Virus record (IMG/VR): IMGVR_UViG_3300006329_000001
Coordinates: 32,001 to 96,000 of that record
Strand: one strand, 5' to 3'
Length of the DNA stretch: 64,000 bases
Source: a virus
Below are positions 37,881 to 50,000 of the stretch, piece after piece. The notes below the pieces were generated by a model. The model had not been told where the DNA came from. It was given only the letters and a program-made list of their open reading frames with translations, and searched no databases. How positions within the stretch are numbered: position 1 is the first letter of the stretch; each line of letters begins with the position of its first letter. The position numbers and the translations under genes are program-made.

Positions 37881-39383
37881 TTATACCACCACGATGTCTC
37901 CGATCATACCACCATGCTCAGTGCACTGATACTTGTAATTTGTACCAGCTGCAAGTGTCATAGGCACGGTGTATGTTGTTGTTCCTGTTGCTGAACCACT
38001 GACTCCTAAAGTAACTGCAGAACCACCATCTGAAACTCTGATCTCAAATGGATGTGTACTACCAGTTGTATTGTGGAACTTATAAGTAAATCCTCTATAC
38101 ACATAGAATGCAGGATCATCAGCAGTATCAGCTACACCTGGTCCTGTAAATCTATATGCAGAAGTACCATTTGATGATACTGAATACCATAATGTAGGAG
38201 AAGCACCACTTACAACAGCAAAATTCTCATCGAAATGGAATGAATGACCTTTATTAGAAACATCTCCAACTGGGAGATTCTCGTCCACATTAACAGTCAG
38301 TGTATTGCCAGCCATAGCAGTTGTACAACCAGTACCACCAGCTATAGTTAATGTAGTAGTAGCTGCTGCAGCTGCAGTAGATCCTGAATCCCCCGCAACT
38401 GTTTGGAATAAGTTCTGAACGATATTTGGAGCATCGTTAGTGATAGTAATAGCACCTGCGTTGAGGTTAGTGCTAATACCAGTACCACCTAAGAAGTTAA
38501 GACTATCAGTAGTTACAGTAGCTGAAGTTTGTCCATTATCTGCACCGAATGTCTCAAAGAGATTCTGATCAGGATCTCCAAGAGCTCCTGTCATATTGAT
38601 TGTTAAAGTGTCTCCAACCAATGCAGTACCAATGTTTGTACCACCAACAATATTAAAAGTGTCGTTAGGAGCAGATGCAGTGGTTGTACCAGTATCACCA
38701 GTAAATGTCTCGAATAAGTTTTGTGTCGTTCCACCGCTACCACCTGTCCCTTCCTCATCATTAGCAGGTGACCACTTCTGGGTTGATGCAACCCACTTAA
38801 GAACTTGTCCGTCTGAAGGACCACCACTCACAGTGGTATCAACATCACTTAATAATGAAATACTACTGTTTTCTGAGATAAGAGGTACCCAAGCAGCAGC
38901 ATGAGCGAAATATCCTTTACCTGTATCATGTGCATGAGCAAACATACCATGATGATCTGTGGCATTTGGTAATCCTGCTTCAGTGGCGTATGGTGCATAC
39001 CATTTAAAGTATCCATCATCACCATCAACATATGTGTATGCAGATCCAGATCCACCTGCCCAAAGTTTAATATCTCCTGTCCCAGTTTGCTTGATTACTA
39101 TGTCATCAGTACCGTCACAAACGATCTGATTAGCATTTGTATCAAGATTAGAACTTAAAATATTATAGTCACCTGCTCTAAAAGCACCACTGGGACTAGA
39201 AGTCCACTTTAAAACCTGTCCATCAGTCGGTGCTCCACTGATGTCCACTTGGATTGTAGTATCGTTACCTAATGCTGTGTAAAGCTCATCAAAGTTGGCA
39301 TTTACCTTGATGGCACCATCACGCAAAGTATCACCAGTGCCATCATTTGCAGAAGATCCAATACCAACTGATTGTTTAGCCAT
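37881..39383 (-). CDS. gp9/gp10-family baseplate-fibre connector with a C-terminal cupredoxin-like domain
   Basis: N-terminal NDGTGDTLRDGAIKVNANFDELY, three QNLF repeats, and C-terminal HPF...YQCTEHGGMIG. Promoter ATAAATA at 39406-39412. Confidence 0.75.
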   Translation of the reverse strand: MAKQSVGIGSSANDGTGDTLRDGAIKVNANFDELYTALGNDTTIQVDISGAPTDGQVLKWTSSPSGAFRAGDYNILSSNLDTNANQIVCDGTDDIVIKQTGTGDIKLWAGGSGSAYTYVDGDDGYFKWYAPYATEAGLPNATDHHGMFAHAHDTGKGYFAHAAAWVPLISENSSISLLSDVDTTVSGGPSDGQVLKWVASTQKWSPANDEEGTGGSGGTTQNLFETFTGDTGTTTASAPNDTFNIVGGTNIGTALVGDTLTINMTGALGDPDQNLFETFGADNGQTSATVTTDSLNFLGGTGISTNLNAGAITITNDAPNIVQNLFQTVAGDSGSTAAAAATTTLTIAGGTGCTTAMAGNTLTVNVDENLPVGDVSNKGHSFHFDENFAVVSGASPTLWYSVSSNGTSAYRFTGPGVADTADDPAFYVYRGFTYKFHNTTGSTHPFEIRVSDGGSAVTLGVSGSATGTTTYTVPMTLAAGTNYKYQCTEHGGMIGDIVVV

Positions 39384-39408
39384 GTTTTTACAGTTTGTAC
39401 AGTTTTAT

Positions 39409-41004
39409 TTATGTGGCATCGAACGAGATACCAGTAGTATCCAACGATACGTTGGTACTTGAGAAGTCCTCAGCAGTTTGACCGCCACCAACACCTGTCA
39501 CAGTGAGAGTTGCAACGTCAGTTGTTAGAGGAGAGTTAGTTGCAGGGGTTGCACCCACAGGTCCTGTGATAACACATCTGTATTTGTATCCAGACATGTA
39601 TGACAGAGCAGTGAATGTAAGACTATTAGCAGTAGATCCTGTGATAACAGCAAATGAATATCCACCATCTGTAGATCTGAACCATTGATAAGTCTTAGGA
39701 CCATCCTCAGGACTAATAGATGCAGTAACAGTAAATGTAACTGATGAAGCAACTTCCACTGTAGCACTCTGAGGTTGTGCACCAAGCAATATAGTAGCTG
39801 GTGGTGCCTCACCGCCACCTGCAGGAGGTGCAGGAGGTGTAGCAGCACCATCATTATCTGGTTTCTGCAATACTTCTCTAGTAGTTAATCCAATAAGATA
39901 TGGAAACTGAGGAACTAAATTCTGTTCAGAATCTAATTGAGTAGATAAGAAATATGCATAAGTTCCATTAGGAAATTCAGGTGTTACTGCAAATCTACCA
40001 TTATGGTAATCAAGTGTTCCTAATCCTTCTTGGTATTCCCAATCTTGTATAAGTGATCCTGCAGGTGGATTCTGCTGAGTAGTACCATAAGTAGGTCTTC
40101 CATCTGCTTCCTCTGATTTAACTCTATATGAACTACTTGCTACTGCAATATCAGAACTATTATTCCATGGACTACTATAGATGTAAGGACCATAAACAGG
40201 GAATCCATCAAAAGCAATTCCAACCATTTTAGAATGTCCATCAGGATGTCTTAGATTGTCACCGTTATACTGACTGGAACCATAATAATCATTATATCCT
40301 GCCATTACAGAATTTGCCTTCCAACAAGAAAGGAAATCTGTATCATGATAATGATATTGACCTGTATTTTCAGGATGTCCACCACATGTATCATCACCAA
40401 AATCTACAACAGCATCTTCGAAATGTGCGTTCCAGTTAAATCCAGTAGGAGGGTTACCACCTGCACCTGCACTAGGATTAAAGAAGACGACACCGTTAGA
40501 TGCAACACCAATAGCACCTAAAGGTACTGCAGCTCTTGCATTTCTTTGATCAAAATATTGATAAGTTCCACTATATGTCTCTCTAGTATAATCAACAATC
40601 AACTCAAGATTGGTTGATGTTGCTCTCCAAAATTCTCCAGAAGCAACTGTCTGTTGAGTACCAGTATACTTAAATACTTGCTTCTTTTCATTAGCAGTTC
40701 CTTCATCCAATATGAAAAGGATTCTATCTCCAACTTGTATCGAACTTCCTAATAAAGCATTATCTGCAACAGATATAGGGATACTAATTACAAATCCATT
40801 TTGTGAAAAATTAGCATCATCAAAAGTTCTACTAATACCAAACGTACCACCCCTATAATACCAAGAATGCTCAAAGTCTTGCTCTGTTACATTGTTGGGA
40901 TTATTTACATTAGGAAAGGTACCAAAAGTAACGGGGTTGGGGAGTCCATCCCCGTCCACCGTTATTACTTTGGTTCCTTGATTATATGTTGATGTAGCAG
41001 CCAT
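39409..41004 (-). CDS. YHYH-domain virion protein with a C-terminal Ig-like domain
   Basis: GAIGVASNGV, CGGHP..GQYHYH, HSKMVGIAFDGFPVYGP and YAYF motifs; Ig-like YQW...YRCVI. Confidence 0.85.
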   Translation of the reverse strand: MAATSTYNQGTKVITVDGDGLPNPVTFGTFPNVNNPNNVTEQDFEHSWYYRGGTFGISRTFDDANFSQNGFVISIPISVADNALLGSSIQVGDRILFILDEGTANEKKQVFKYTGTQQTVASGEFWRATSTNLELIVDYTRETYSGTYQYFDQRNARAAVPLGAIGVASNGVVFFNPSAGAGGNPPTGFNWNAHFEDAVVDFGDDTCGGHPENTGQYHYHDTDFLSCWKANSVMAGYNDYYGSSQYNGDNLRHPDGHSKMVGIAFDGFPVYGPYIYSSPWNNSSDIAVASSSYRVKSEEADGRPTYGTTQQNPPAGSLIQDWEYQEGLGTLDYHNGRFAVTPEFPNGTYAYFLSTQLDSEQNLVPQFPYLIGLTTREVLQKPDNDGAATPPAPPAGGGEAPPATILLGAQPQSATVEVASSVTFTVTASISPEDGPKTYQWFRSTDGGYSFAVITGSTANSLTFTALSYMSGYKYRCVITGPVGATPATNSPLTTDVATLTVTGVGGGQTAEDFSSTNVSLDTTGISFDAT

Positions 41005-41011
41005 GTTCTAT

Positions 41012-44000
41012 TTATTGGAAGATCTGAGTAGGTAAGAAGTTAGAGATGATTGTCGCACCAGTCTGAACTGTGAGGATCACAGAGTTGGAATATACAGGTG
41101 AAGCACCTGCAGCAGTTATCGCAACACGGAACTCATCACCATCATCTGCCTGTGCGGCTGAAGGTGTACTGTAAACAGAACTGGTTGCTCCAGTAATGTT
41201 AGCCCATGCAGTCTCACCATACTGCTTACGCTGCCACTGATAGTTAAGTGGAGTAGTTCCAACTGTACCATCAGAAGACTTGATGAATGCACCGAGAACA
41301 GTAAATCCTGCAGTCTGACCTTGGTTAACTGTTACGTTAACTGGTTGTGCTGTGATCTGAATGTAGCCAGGAACAATAACGATTGGGTTACCTTCGTTGT
41401 CAGTTCCTTCACCTGCGTAGGTATCAAATCCTTGGTTAACAGCAGGTCCTACTGGTGGAGTCCAGTCATCAGGAACTTCAGTCTCGACTGTAACTTCAGG
41501 ACTAGAGTATCCAACACCTGCAGTCTTAACATCAATTCTTAAAAGACCCATTAGTGCACGAACACGACCATCAAATCCAGAGGAAGATACAACATCAACG
41601 TTTGGACGTGATGTATATCCATCACCAGGAGAGGTGATTATTGCAGTATTAATTTCACCTGTTGTGATAGAAGCAAGTGCTTCTGCGTTACGTCCCTTAA
41701 CAGTTCCTGTGTATTCGAAAGTAATCAAGGAGTTGGAAGATTCGATCAACGCAACTTCACGATTCTCATTCTCACCCTCGATTTGTAGTAAGTCACCTGC
41801 CTCAATAGGAGGTACGACTGTAGCAGCAATAACGTCAGCATCAGAACCAATGTATGAGAAAGCAACGAATGTTGATCCCGCACGAGGAACTTCAGCAAAA
41901 ATTATTCTAGAACCAACAAGTTCGTAACCTACGCCTGGTTCCTGAATAACACCATTCAGTGAACAAATGATATTGTTCTCAGGAAGTATGGTACTAGAGC
42001 TAACACCTTCAGTTAGAGTTAGTGAGTAGAATCCACCTGCGTAACGTAAGTTAAAGGAAGATCTTAATGAATCAAACTCGAAGGAGATATCATCTAACTG
42101 ACGTAATTTACCAACGTAGTATCCGATGAATTCTGATCCAACTGTAGGAGGTTCAGTAAACTGAATCTGATCAGAGAATGCAGTGTATGCAAAGTTTGCA
42201 CCAGGTGGTTGTAGGATACCATTAACGAATGTTAATAGGTGACCTGCAGGATCTGGGAAGTAAGATTCACCGTTATTTACAGTTAACTTAAATGTAGTTT
42301 GCTCACCATCAAATCCTCTGAAGAATCTGTTACAACGTCCGACTAGACCCTTAGATTGTGTTACACCTGCAGACCAATCAGCATCAGAAATAATTGTTAA
42401 GTCAGATGGGAAATCACCAACTACATCTTCTAACCAAAGTCTACCAGTTGTACCGATAACACTCTTACCAGAAACCCTACCATAACCACTTACAGCATTT
42501 TCAGTAACACCATTTGCTTCTGCAAGGATAATTGGGAAGTTATTAAGGTTCTCAAATTTACCTAGTGCAGTACCACCACCAACTAACCAGTTAGAATCAG
42601 GAGTTACAATTTCACCATTGGAGTCAGTTCCATATGGTTGTAAGTTTGCAATCCACATCTTATGTGGTACTGGAGGAGTTGCTTCAGCATCAGGTGCTTG
42701 GTACTTAGTAACAACAGCAGTGAATCCTGGTTCCTTAATAATTGTACCTTGTAGTAAGTAAACTAAATCACCTGCGTTAAAGTCACCACTGTAACCACCA
42801 TCACGAACAATACTAGCAATATCTAATTCTATTGTAGAAACAGCATGTACATACTGATTAAGTTCTAATGGTTCGAAACCATCAGCACGAATATCTGCAA
42901 TGTCAAGAATCTTATCTGTGATAGATCCGTAAATTATATCACCATCTTTAAAGTCTTCTTGGATTGATTCGATATCGATTGTGATACGTCCACCAGTATT
43001 ACCAACTAGAGCACCTTCAGAATTTTCATAAGAAACGATATCTGCTTGAGCAGCATTTGTCTTGTTAAAGACTTTTTCACCAGTAGCAAAATTACCTCTA
43101 TCGGTGTTGATCAACATACGAGTAACACCTGCTCCATTGATAGAAGCAGTCTGTCCACTTGTTGCACCTTCGATAACATCATTATCAGAGAATGTTCCAG
43201 TTAGAGATTCTACATAAACGTAACCCTCATCACTCTGGTCACCTGTTAGAGGTGAAGTCTGAATAACTACTGCATTGTTAGCACCTGCACCTTGTTTCTG
43301 TACAGTCTCACCATTTGTAAATCTAGCAGTAGCAGCATCAATATTAAACTTGTAGTATAGTTTAACAATACTTGCTTCGTTATTTCTAATTCTAGTAACT
43401 TCAGCAAGTGCGTTAGATGTAGCACCAATTAGAATGTCAGCAACGTTAAATCCTGCACTAATTGGTTGTTCCAAATCACGCATTGGATATTGTGCAGCAG
43501 GTAAAGAAATACCAGAACGTACAACTGTTTGTAATCTTTGTTGACCAGTTAGAGATTTGTTTAACTGGAATAATCTATATCTTGCATCATGCTTAATTTC
43601 ACGAGCAATTTCGAACCAATCTGCAGTTGCGTTAAGAACATAGTAGTATGTCTGATCCTGTAAACTTTGTTCGATCTGACCAGATGCAGGAACATAAGCA
43701 ACAATATCACCACGGAAGAAGAAGTTAGGACGTGTAATCCTTACAACACTTTCTCTTCTTTCGAATCCAACTTCGATAGTTGGAGTCAATAGAATCAATT
43801 CTGGATCAGTGTTATAATCTTCACCCTCATCATATAGATTTTGTAAGTTAGTAACATGAGTACTATTGATATAATTAACTAAGTTGTTAGAAGGAGGTTG
43901 AGATCTGTTTAAACCATGGTACGCAAGGTTTAGAGAACTATCAATTCTAAACTCTGTACTTTCCCAATCGTACTCAAATCTATCAGGGATAGCAGCACTA

Positions 44001-47000
44001 TTTGTAGTATCTTTGTAGATATCATATCCAGACCACTGAGAAGTATTATTCTGATCATACAATGTACGTTTTACATACTCACGAATTCTAGTTGTGTAGA
44101 ATAGTAAGTGCTGTCTAACAACAGTTGGGAATGCGATAAAGTTACCTTCACCATCAAACCAAGTGTTAACCAACTTAAGCATACCTTGGTTACCACCTGT
44201 ATTCATGTCATACAATAATGCATGAATCATATCATCAGCAAATTGCTTGTCTGCACCAGTACCAGGATATTGGTTAACAGTTCTATCGTATGCCTTGTTA
44301 ACAATTGCGTGCTTATTAAAGAGAAGATGTCTTGCACACTTCTTATCAGACTTAGATCCACCACCAAGTGTATTGAGTAATACATCGAATAATGTATCAG
44401 TTGCAGACGTTACATTATAACAAGTAAATGTCTGATAGTTTTGGTTAAATCTGAATGGTGGAATCTTCTCGATAGCATCCAAGTGACTTCCACCACCACC
44501 TTTAGCAAGATAGATTGTGTCAATGATGATTTGCATCAAAGATTCTATATTTGCTGCAGCAGTTGGACATGTTGTATTCCAATCTCCTGCATCAGCACCA
44601 TCAGTATGGAATGTGATTGATACATCACGTTCTGCCATTTCAGGAGCGTACTTAACTGGCCAAATCATTGGTAGAGATTTAGTAATCGTACCATCAGTTA
44701 GAGCTGCAGGTGTGTTAATTGCAGTAGTATAGATTGCCATCGAAGTTGTGATAGCAGATGCAACATCAGCACACTTAGGATTATTAGTGTCAGCAGTAAT
44801 TACATAGTTACTTGCACTATATGGTTTAAAGTCAAGATCATTGTAGAATGATTGCTTATACTTGTGTCCACTTCTAGGATATGTCTTCTGTGCAGTATTA
44901 CCATCTCTTGAGCATGTGAATGTCAAGGAGTTAGGTGCTAACTTAACAGATGTTCCAGTGAATAGATCATGTGAACCAATTGTTAATGCTAAGTATCCAG
45001 TTGCAGGATCGTAAGTAGCATTAGTTGGTGTGTAAGTGACGATTGGTGATTGACCAACATCAACAGTAATTGTGTTACCTGACTTAGCAACGATAGGCAT
45101 TGGTCTATCGAAAGCAGGATCCTTAGCACGAGGATATGTATGATTAGTTGTGTAATCATCTTGTGCACAAGTGAATGTTAATGAATCAGTTCTGATCTTA
45201 ACGTTTGCACCTGCTCTAACAACACCACCAGAAGTTGCAGATACAAATGAATGAGTTGTAGTGTTAGTAGAAGGAATATTTTCTAGAACTTGTACATCAA
45301 ATGTATTTGTTCCTACGTTAGAAATAGTCAACCAGTTTCCACTTGCAGGGTCACTTGATCTTGGATAAGAATGATTACCTGAACCTTGTGTACATGTGAA
45401 GGTTAATGAATTATCAGCAATGTTAACTTTGTCTCCATTGTTCCATCCATGACCATTAATAGTTAAGGTCATTACACCTGTATTTGGATCATATGCAGCA
45501 CCAGTAACTGTCTTCGCTGCACTTGGTCCTTCTAGTGTGTTTGATCCAATATCTAATACTAAGTGTCCAGTACCTGCATCATATGTTGCGTTAGAAACAT
45601 TAAAGTCTACAAACGGTGTTGAGGTTACGTTAACAGTTATTGAGGTTGATGTGTATGCAGTTATGGATAATGTTTGACCAGATGCATAATCAGTAGATCT
45701 TGGATATCCATGAACTGTGGAGTTACCATCAAAATCACAAGTGAAGTTTAATCCATTATCATCAATCGTGATTGTGTTGGAATTAGTTAAGTTGTGAGCA
45801 GAAGCAAAGGTAAGAATTAATTCACCAGTAGTACCATCATATGTTGCTCCATTAGGTGTCAACTCAGTAGGTGCACCACCAACATTGACACAGTTAGTTG
45901 CAGCACTTACAAATGTATGATCGTATGCACCACCAGTCATTACTGCACCAGGTAGAGCACTTACAAATTGATGCTGATAATTACCACCAGTGATTAGAGC
46001 ACCAGTTTGAGCACTTACAAATGCGTGAGTGTACTGATCGTTAGGACCAGAAGCACCAACTTGTAATGTAACTACACCTGAAGGATTCTGTCTTGTAATA
46101 CCATTGGTTGTAGCTGATACAAACTGATGAGTGTAATCACCACCAGTGTGGATAGCACCTGCAGTTGCAGATTTAAAGGTATGCTGATAATTACCACCAC
46201 TAATTACAGCACCAGAAACTGCATACTGGAAGTAATGAGTTGTGAGGTTGGAGATAGCACCAGATCCATCATTTACATCTAATGTAATTGTTCCATCTTG
46301 CTTATGAAGACCATTAGCAGCGAATGATTGGAATTGATGTGTGTACTGATCATTAGGACCAGAGATACCAACTTGTATACTGAAGTTATTGTTATCAACG
46401 AATGTTACTGGTAACCACTCATCATATACTGGGTCAGTTGTTCTTGGATATGAGTGATCGCTAGAATTACCATCTTTATTACATCTAAATGTAACTGCAT
46501 TAGGAGCAATCTTAACCATGTCACCTGCATAAGTTACTCCATTAGGAGAAGCAGTTACAAAATTATGAGTTGTAGTATCAGAAGATATACCAACATTAAC
46601 TTCGAATGTATCGTTAGTTACGTTAGTAACTTGTAGCCACTTATCGAATGGATAATCAGATCCACCAGGAGCAGCAGAACCATACTGTCTAGGATATGAT
46701 TTAACAGCACTGTTACCATCTAATCCACATGTGAATGAAATTGAGTTAGCAGCAATCTTAATTCTATCGTTATTCGCAAAACCATGATTAGTGATAGTAA
46801 CAACCATCTTACCATCAGCAGGTGTGTAGGTTGCACTTTCGATAGTATGTGTTGTATGACCCGCTAAACCATGGTTGTTCATGGTTAGTGTCATTACACC
46901 AGTAGATGAGTTGTATGCAGCACTTGTTGGTGTATGTGTTGTATGTCCAACAGCATCAATATTAATTGCTGTATTCCATGCAGGGTCAGGACCATTAGGT

Positions 47001-50000
47001 GCTGAAGCACGAGGATAAACGTGATTTGTTGCTTGACTATCTTCGTCACACTTAAAGACTAAAGAACTTGTTGCTATCTTAATGCTCTCTCCAGTTCTAA
47101 ATTCATGAGCACCAATTGATAGAACGATGTTACCAGTATTAGGTGTAAAGACTGCATTGTGTACATCATAATTCTTAATAACAGATGCACCAACATTAAC
47201 TGTGATTGTAGTCTCAGTAGTACCGATAATCTGAACTGGTTCACCACTAACAGGATCAGTTGTTCTTGGGTAAGTTTTAGTTGAGTTATTTCCATCCATC
47301 ACACAAGTAAAGGATAGAGAATTATCAGCAATCTTAATATTAGTTCCTTGACTTAATGTATGGTTACCGATAGTTAAGATTAAGTTACCAGTATTAGGTT
47401 CGTAAACTACGTTAGTAGGAGTAAACTTCTTAATCTTAGAAGTACCAACATTAACTGTAAATGTATCATTAGTCTTAGAAATAATAGGTAACCATTGTCC
47501 ACTTACAGGATCAGTTGATCTTGGATATGTGTGGTTACTGTAGAAATTATCCATTGAGCAAGTTAATGTCAATGAATTATCAGCAACGTTAATCTTGTCT
47601 CCTACACCAAATCCATGTCCTGAAACTGTTAGAGTTAATAGACCTGTACCTGCATCATAAGCAGCATTAGTTGCAGTATGAGTTGTAGATGCAACATCAA
47701 CAATATCAATAGCAGTATCGAATGAAGGATCAGCACCATAGTTAAGTGCTAGAGATTCATTTCTCATTACCTGAATCGCTAGATCTCTTGCATAGTTACA
47801 TATCCAGATTGCTTCAGTAGCATGAGTTAGACCTTCATTAACATAGTATTCAGCAGCACGAACAATCTTGTTGTTACCACCATGACGTAGGTTCCAAACC
47901 ATAGCGTCAAGGAAGTCACTTAAGTCATGTACACAGTTGATATTTCCACCAGGAATATTAAGTGAAGGATATTGTACTTTAGCAGCAGCAATAGTTTCTT
48001 CAGCAATAACACGGATATTTCTTTCGATTACATCAGCAGCGTTAATGAATCTATCTTTAACAGCATTACGTTCGTAAGTAGAAACGTCAACGTTGTCAAA
48101 GGACTCACTACCGCCACCAGTTATACCATCGTCATCTCCTGTATCTGCATCTGGGTTATAGATGTAAAGGTTCTCACGACCAAATCCATTACGGATAGTC
48201 ATAATTGCAATTTCAGTTGCAATCTTAAGAACACTAATACCTGCTTCATCTTCACCAGGAGCAACTCCAACATTACATGTAATTTGACCAGTCTGTCTCT
48301 TAAGTCCATCTGTGGTAAATGATACAAATGAATGAGCAGAAGTATTAGTAGAAGGAACAGTTGTTAATACCTGAACACTGAAAGTATTAGCATCAACATA
48401 AGTTACAGGTAACCATGCTTTGTATGCAGGATCTTGAGGTCTTGGATATTGCTTAGTCTGTGAATTACACTGTAATGAAAGAGCATTTTCAGTTATCATT
48501 ACATAATCATTTGCCTTCGTAATACCATTAGAAGTTGCAGACTTAAATGTATGTGCAGTTACGTTAGTAGAAGGAATCTCTGCTAGAACCTGAACATCAA
48601 AAGTATTATTAGTTACGTTAAGAATAGGTAACCATGAATTTGAGGCAGGGTCAGTAGAACGAGGATATGTATGATCAGATACGTTGTTGTCTAACATACA
48701 TGTAAATGTTAATGAGTTATCAGCAATCTTTACACTATCACCAACACTAAATCCATGGTTAGTGCAGGTCAATGTCATGATACCTGTCTCTGGATTATAA
48801 GTAGCAGTTTCTACAGTATCCTGTGACTGACCAGTAAACGGATGACCATTTAATGTAAATGCTACAACACCTGTATTAGGATCATAAGTAGCACCTGTTG
48901 GTGTATGAGATGTTTGTGATACCTCAGTAATTTCTACAGATGTATTATAAACAGGATCTGTATCACGAGGATATGAATGCTCAGTTATATAATCATCTCT
49001 ATCACATGTAAATGTTAATGCTTCTTTCTTAAATCTGAAACTCTGTCCAGTAACTAATTGGTGTGCACCAATAGTCATTTGTAATGCACCTGATACAGGG
49101 TTGTAATCAGCAGCAGATACGTTGTAGTAAACTAAAGGAGTTGTACCAACATTAACTGTAATTGTTGATAATGTATATGCAGTAATAGCAAGAGACTTAC
49201 CATATGCAGGATCACCTTTACGAGGATAAGTATGATTGTCCTCATTCTGGTTCATTTCACAAGTGAAGGTTAAACCATCTTCTGCAATCTCAATAGTATT
49301 AGAAGAAGTTAATCCGTGACTTGGAATTGTTAAAATTAAGTTACCAGTAGAAGGTTGATAAACTACGTTTTGTGGAGTATGTTGTCCACCACCATTATCA
49401 GTAACAGCATTAGTTGCAGCAGTTACAAATGTATGTCCATAGTTACCACCTGCTTCGATAGCATTTAGAGATGCTCTAACGAATTGGTGTGTATGCTGAC
49501 GACCATTTAACTGAATAAGATTATCAGTCTCAGGATCAAGATATAATGCAGCAGCTTCATATGTCTTACTGTTACCACCCTTTCTAAGGTCATGTGCAAC
49601 AGCCTTTAATATATCAAGAACATCATCTACACAATTCTGAGCACCATCAGGAACAGTGAAGTTAAGGAACTTAGAAAGATCGTTCATTGTATGAACTGCT
49701 TCCCAAGCAATTACATTAGCGTTCTTCTCAATCAAGTGAGCAGCATCTAATACTCTGTTATTAGAATCATAAGCATCAGGATTATAACCCTCTGGGTCAA
49801 TAGTGATTGTTGGATCTCTATAAACTGCAAGGTCTGTGTACTGCATTGGATAGTAGTCATCCTGATATACAGTTGGAATATCTTCTCCAAGACCTGCAGC
49901 AGTTTGACCTTGAGGTAAGAGAGTGTTGTTGATACACTTCTTACATAACATTCTTACATATTCATATACATCCAATACAGCACTTAGTTCATTGTCAACC

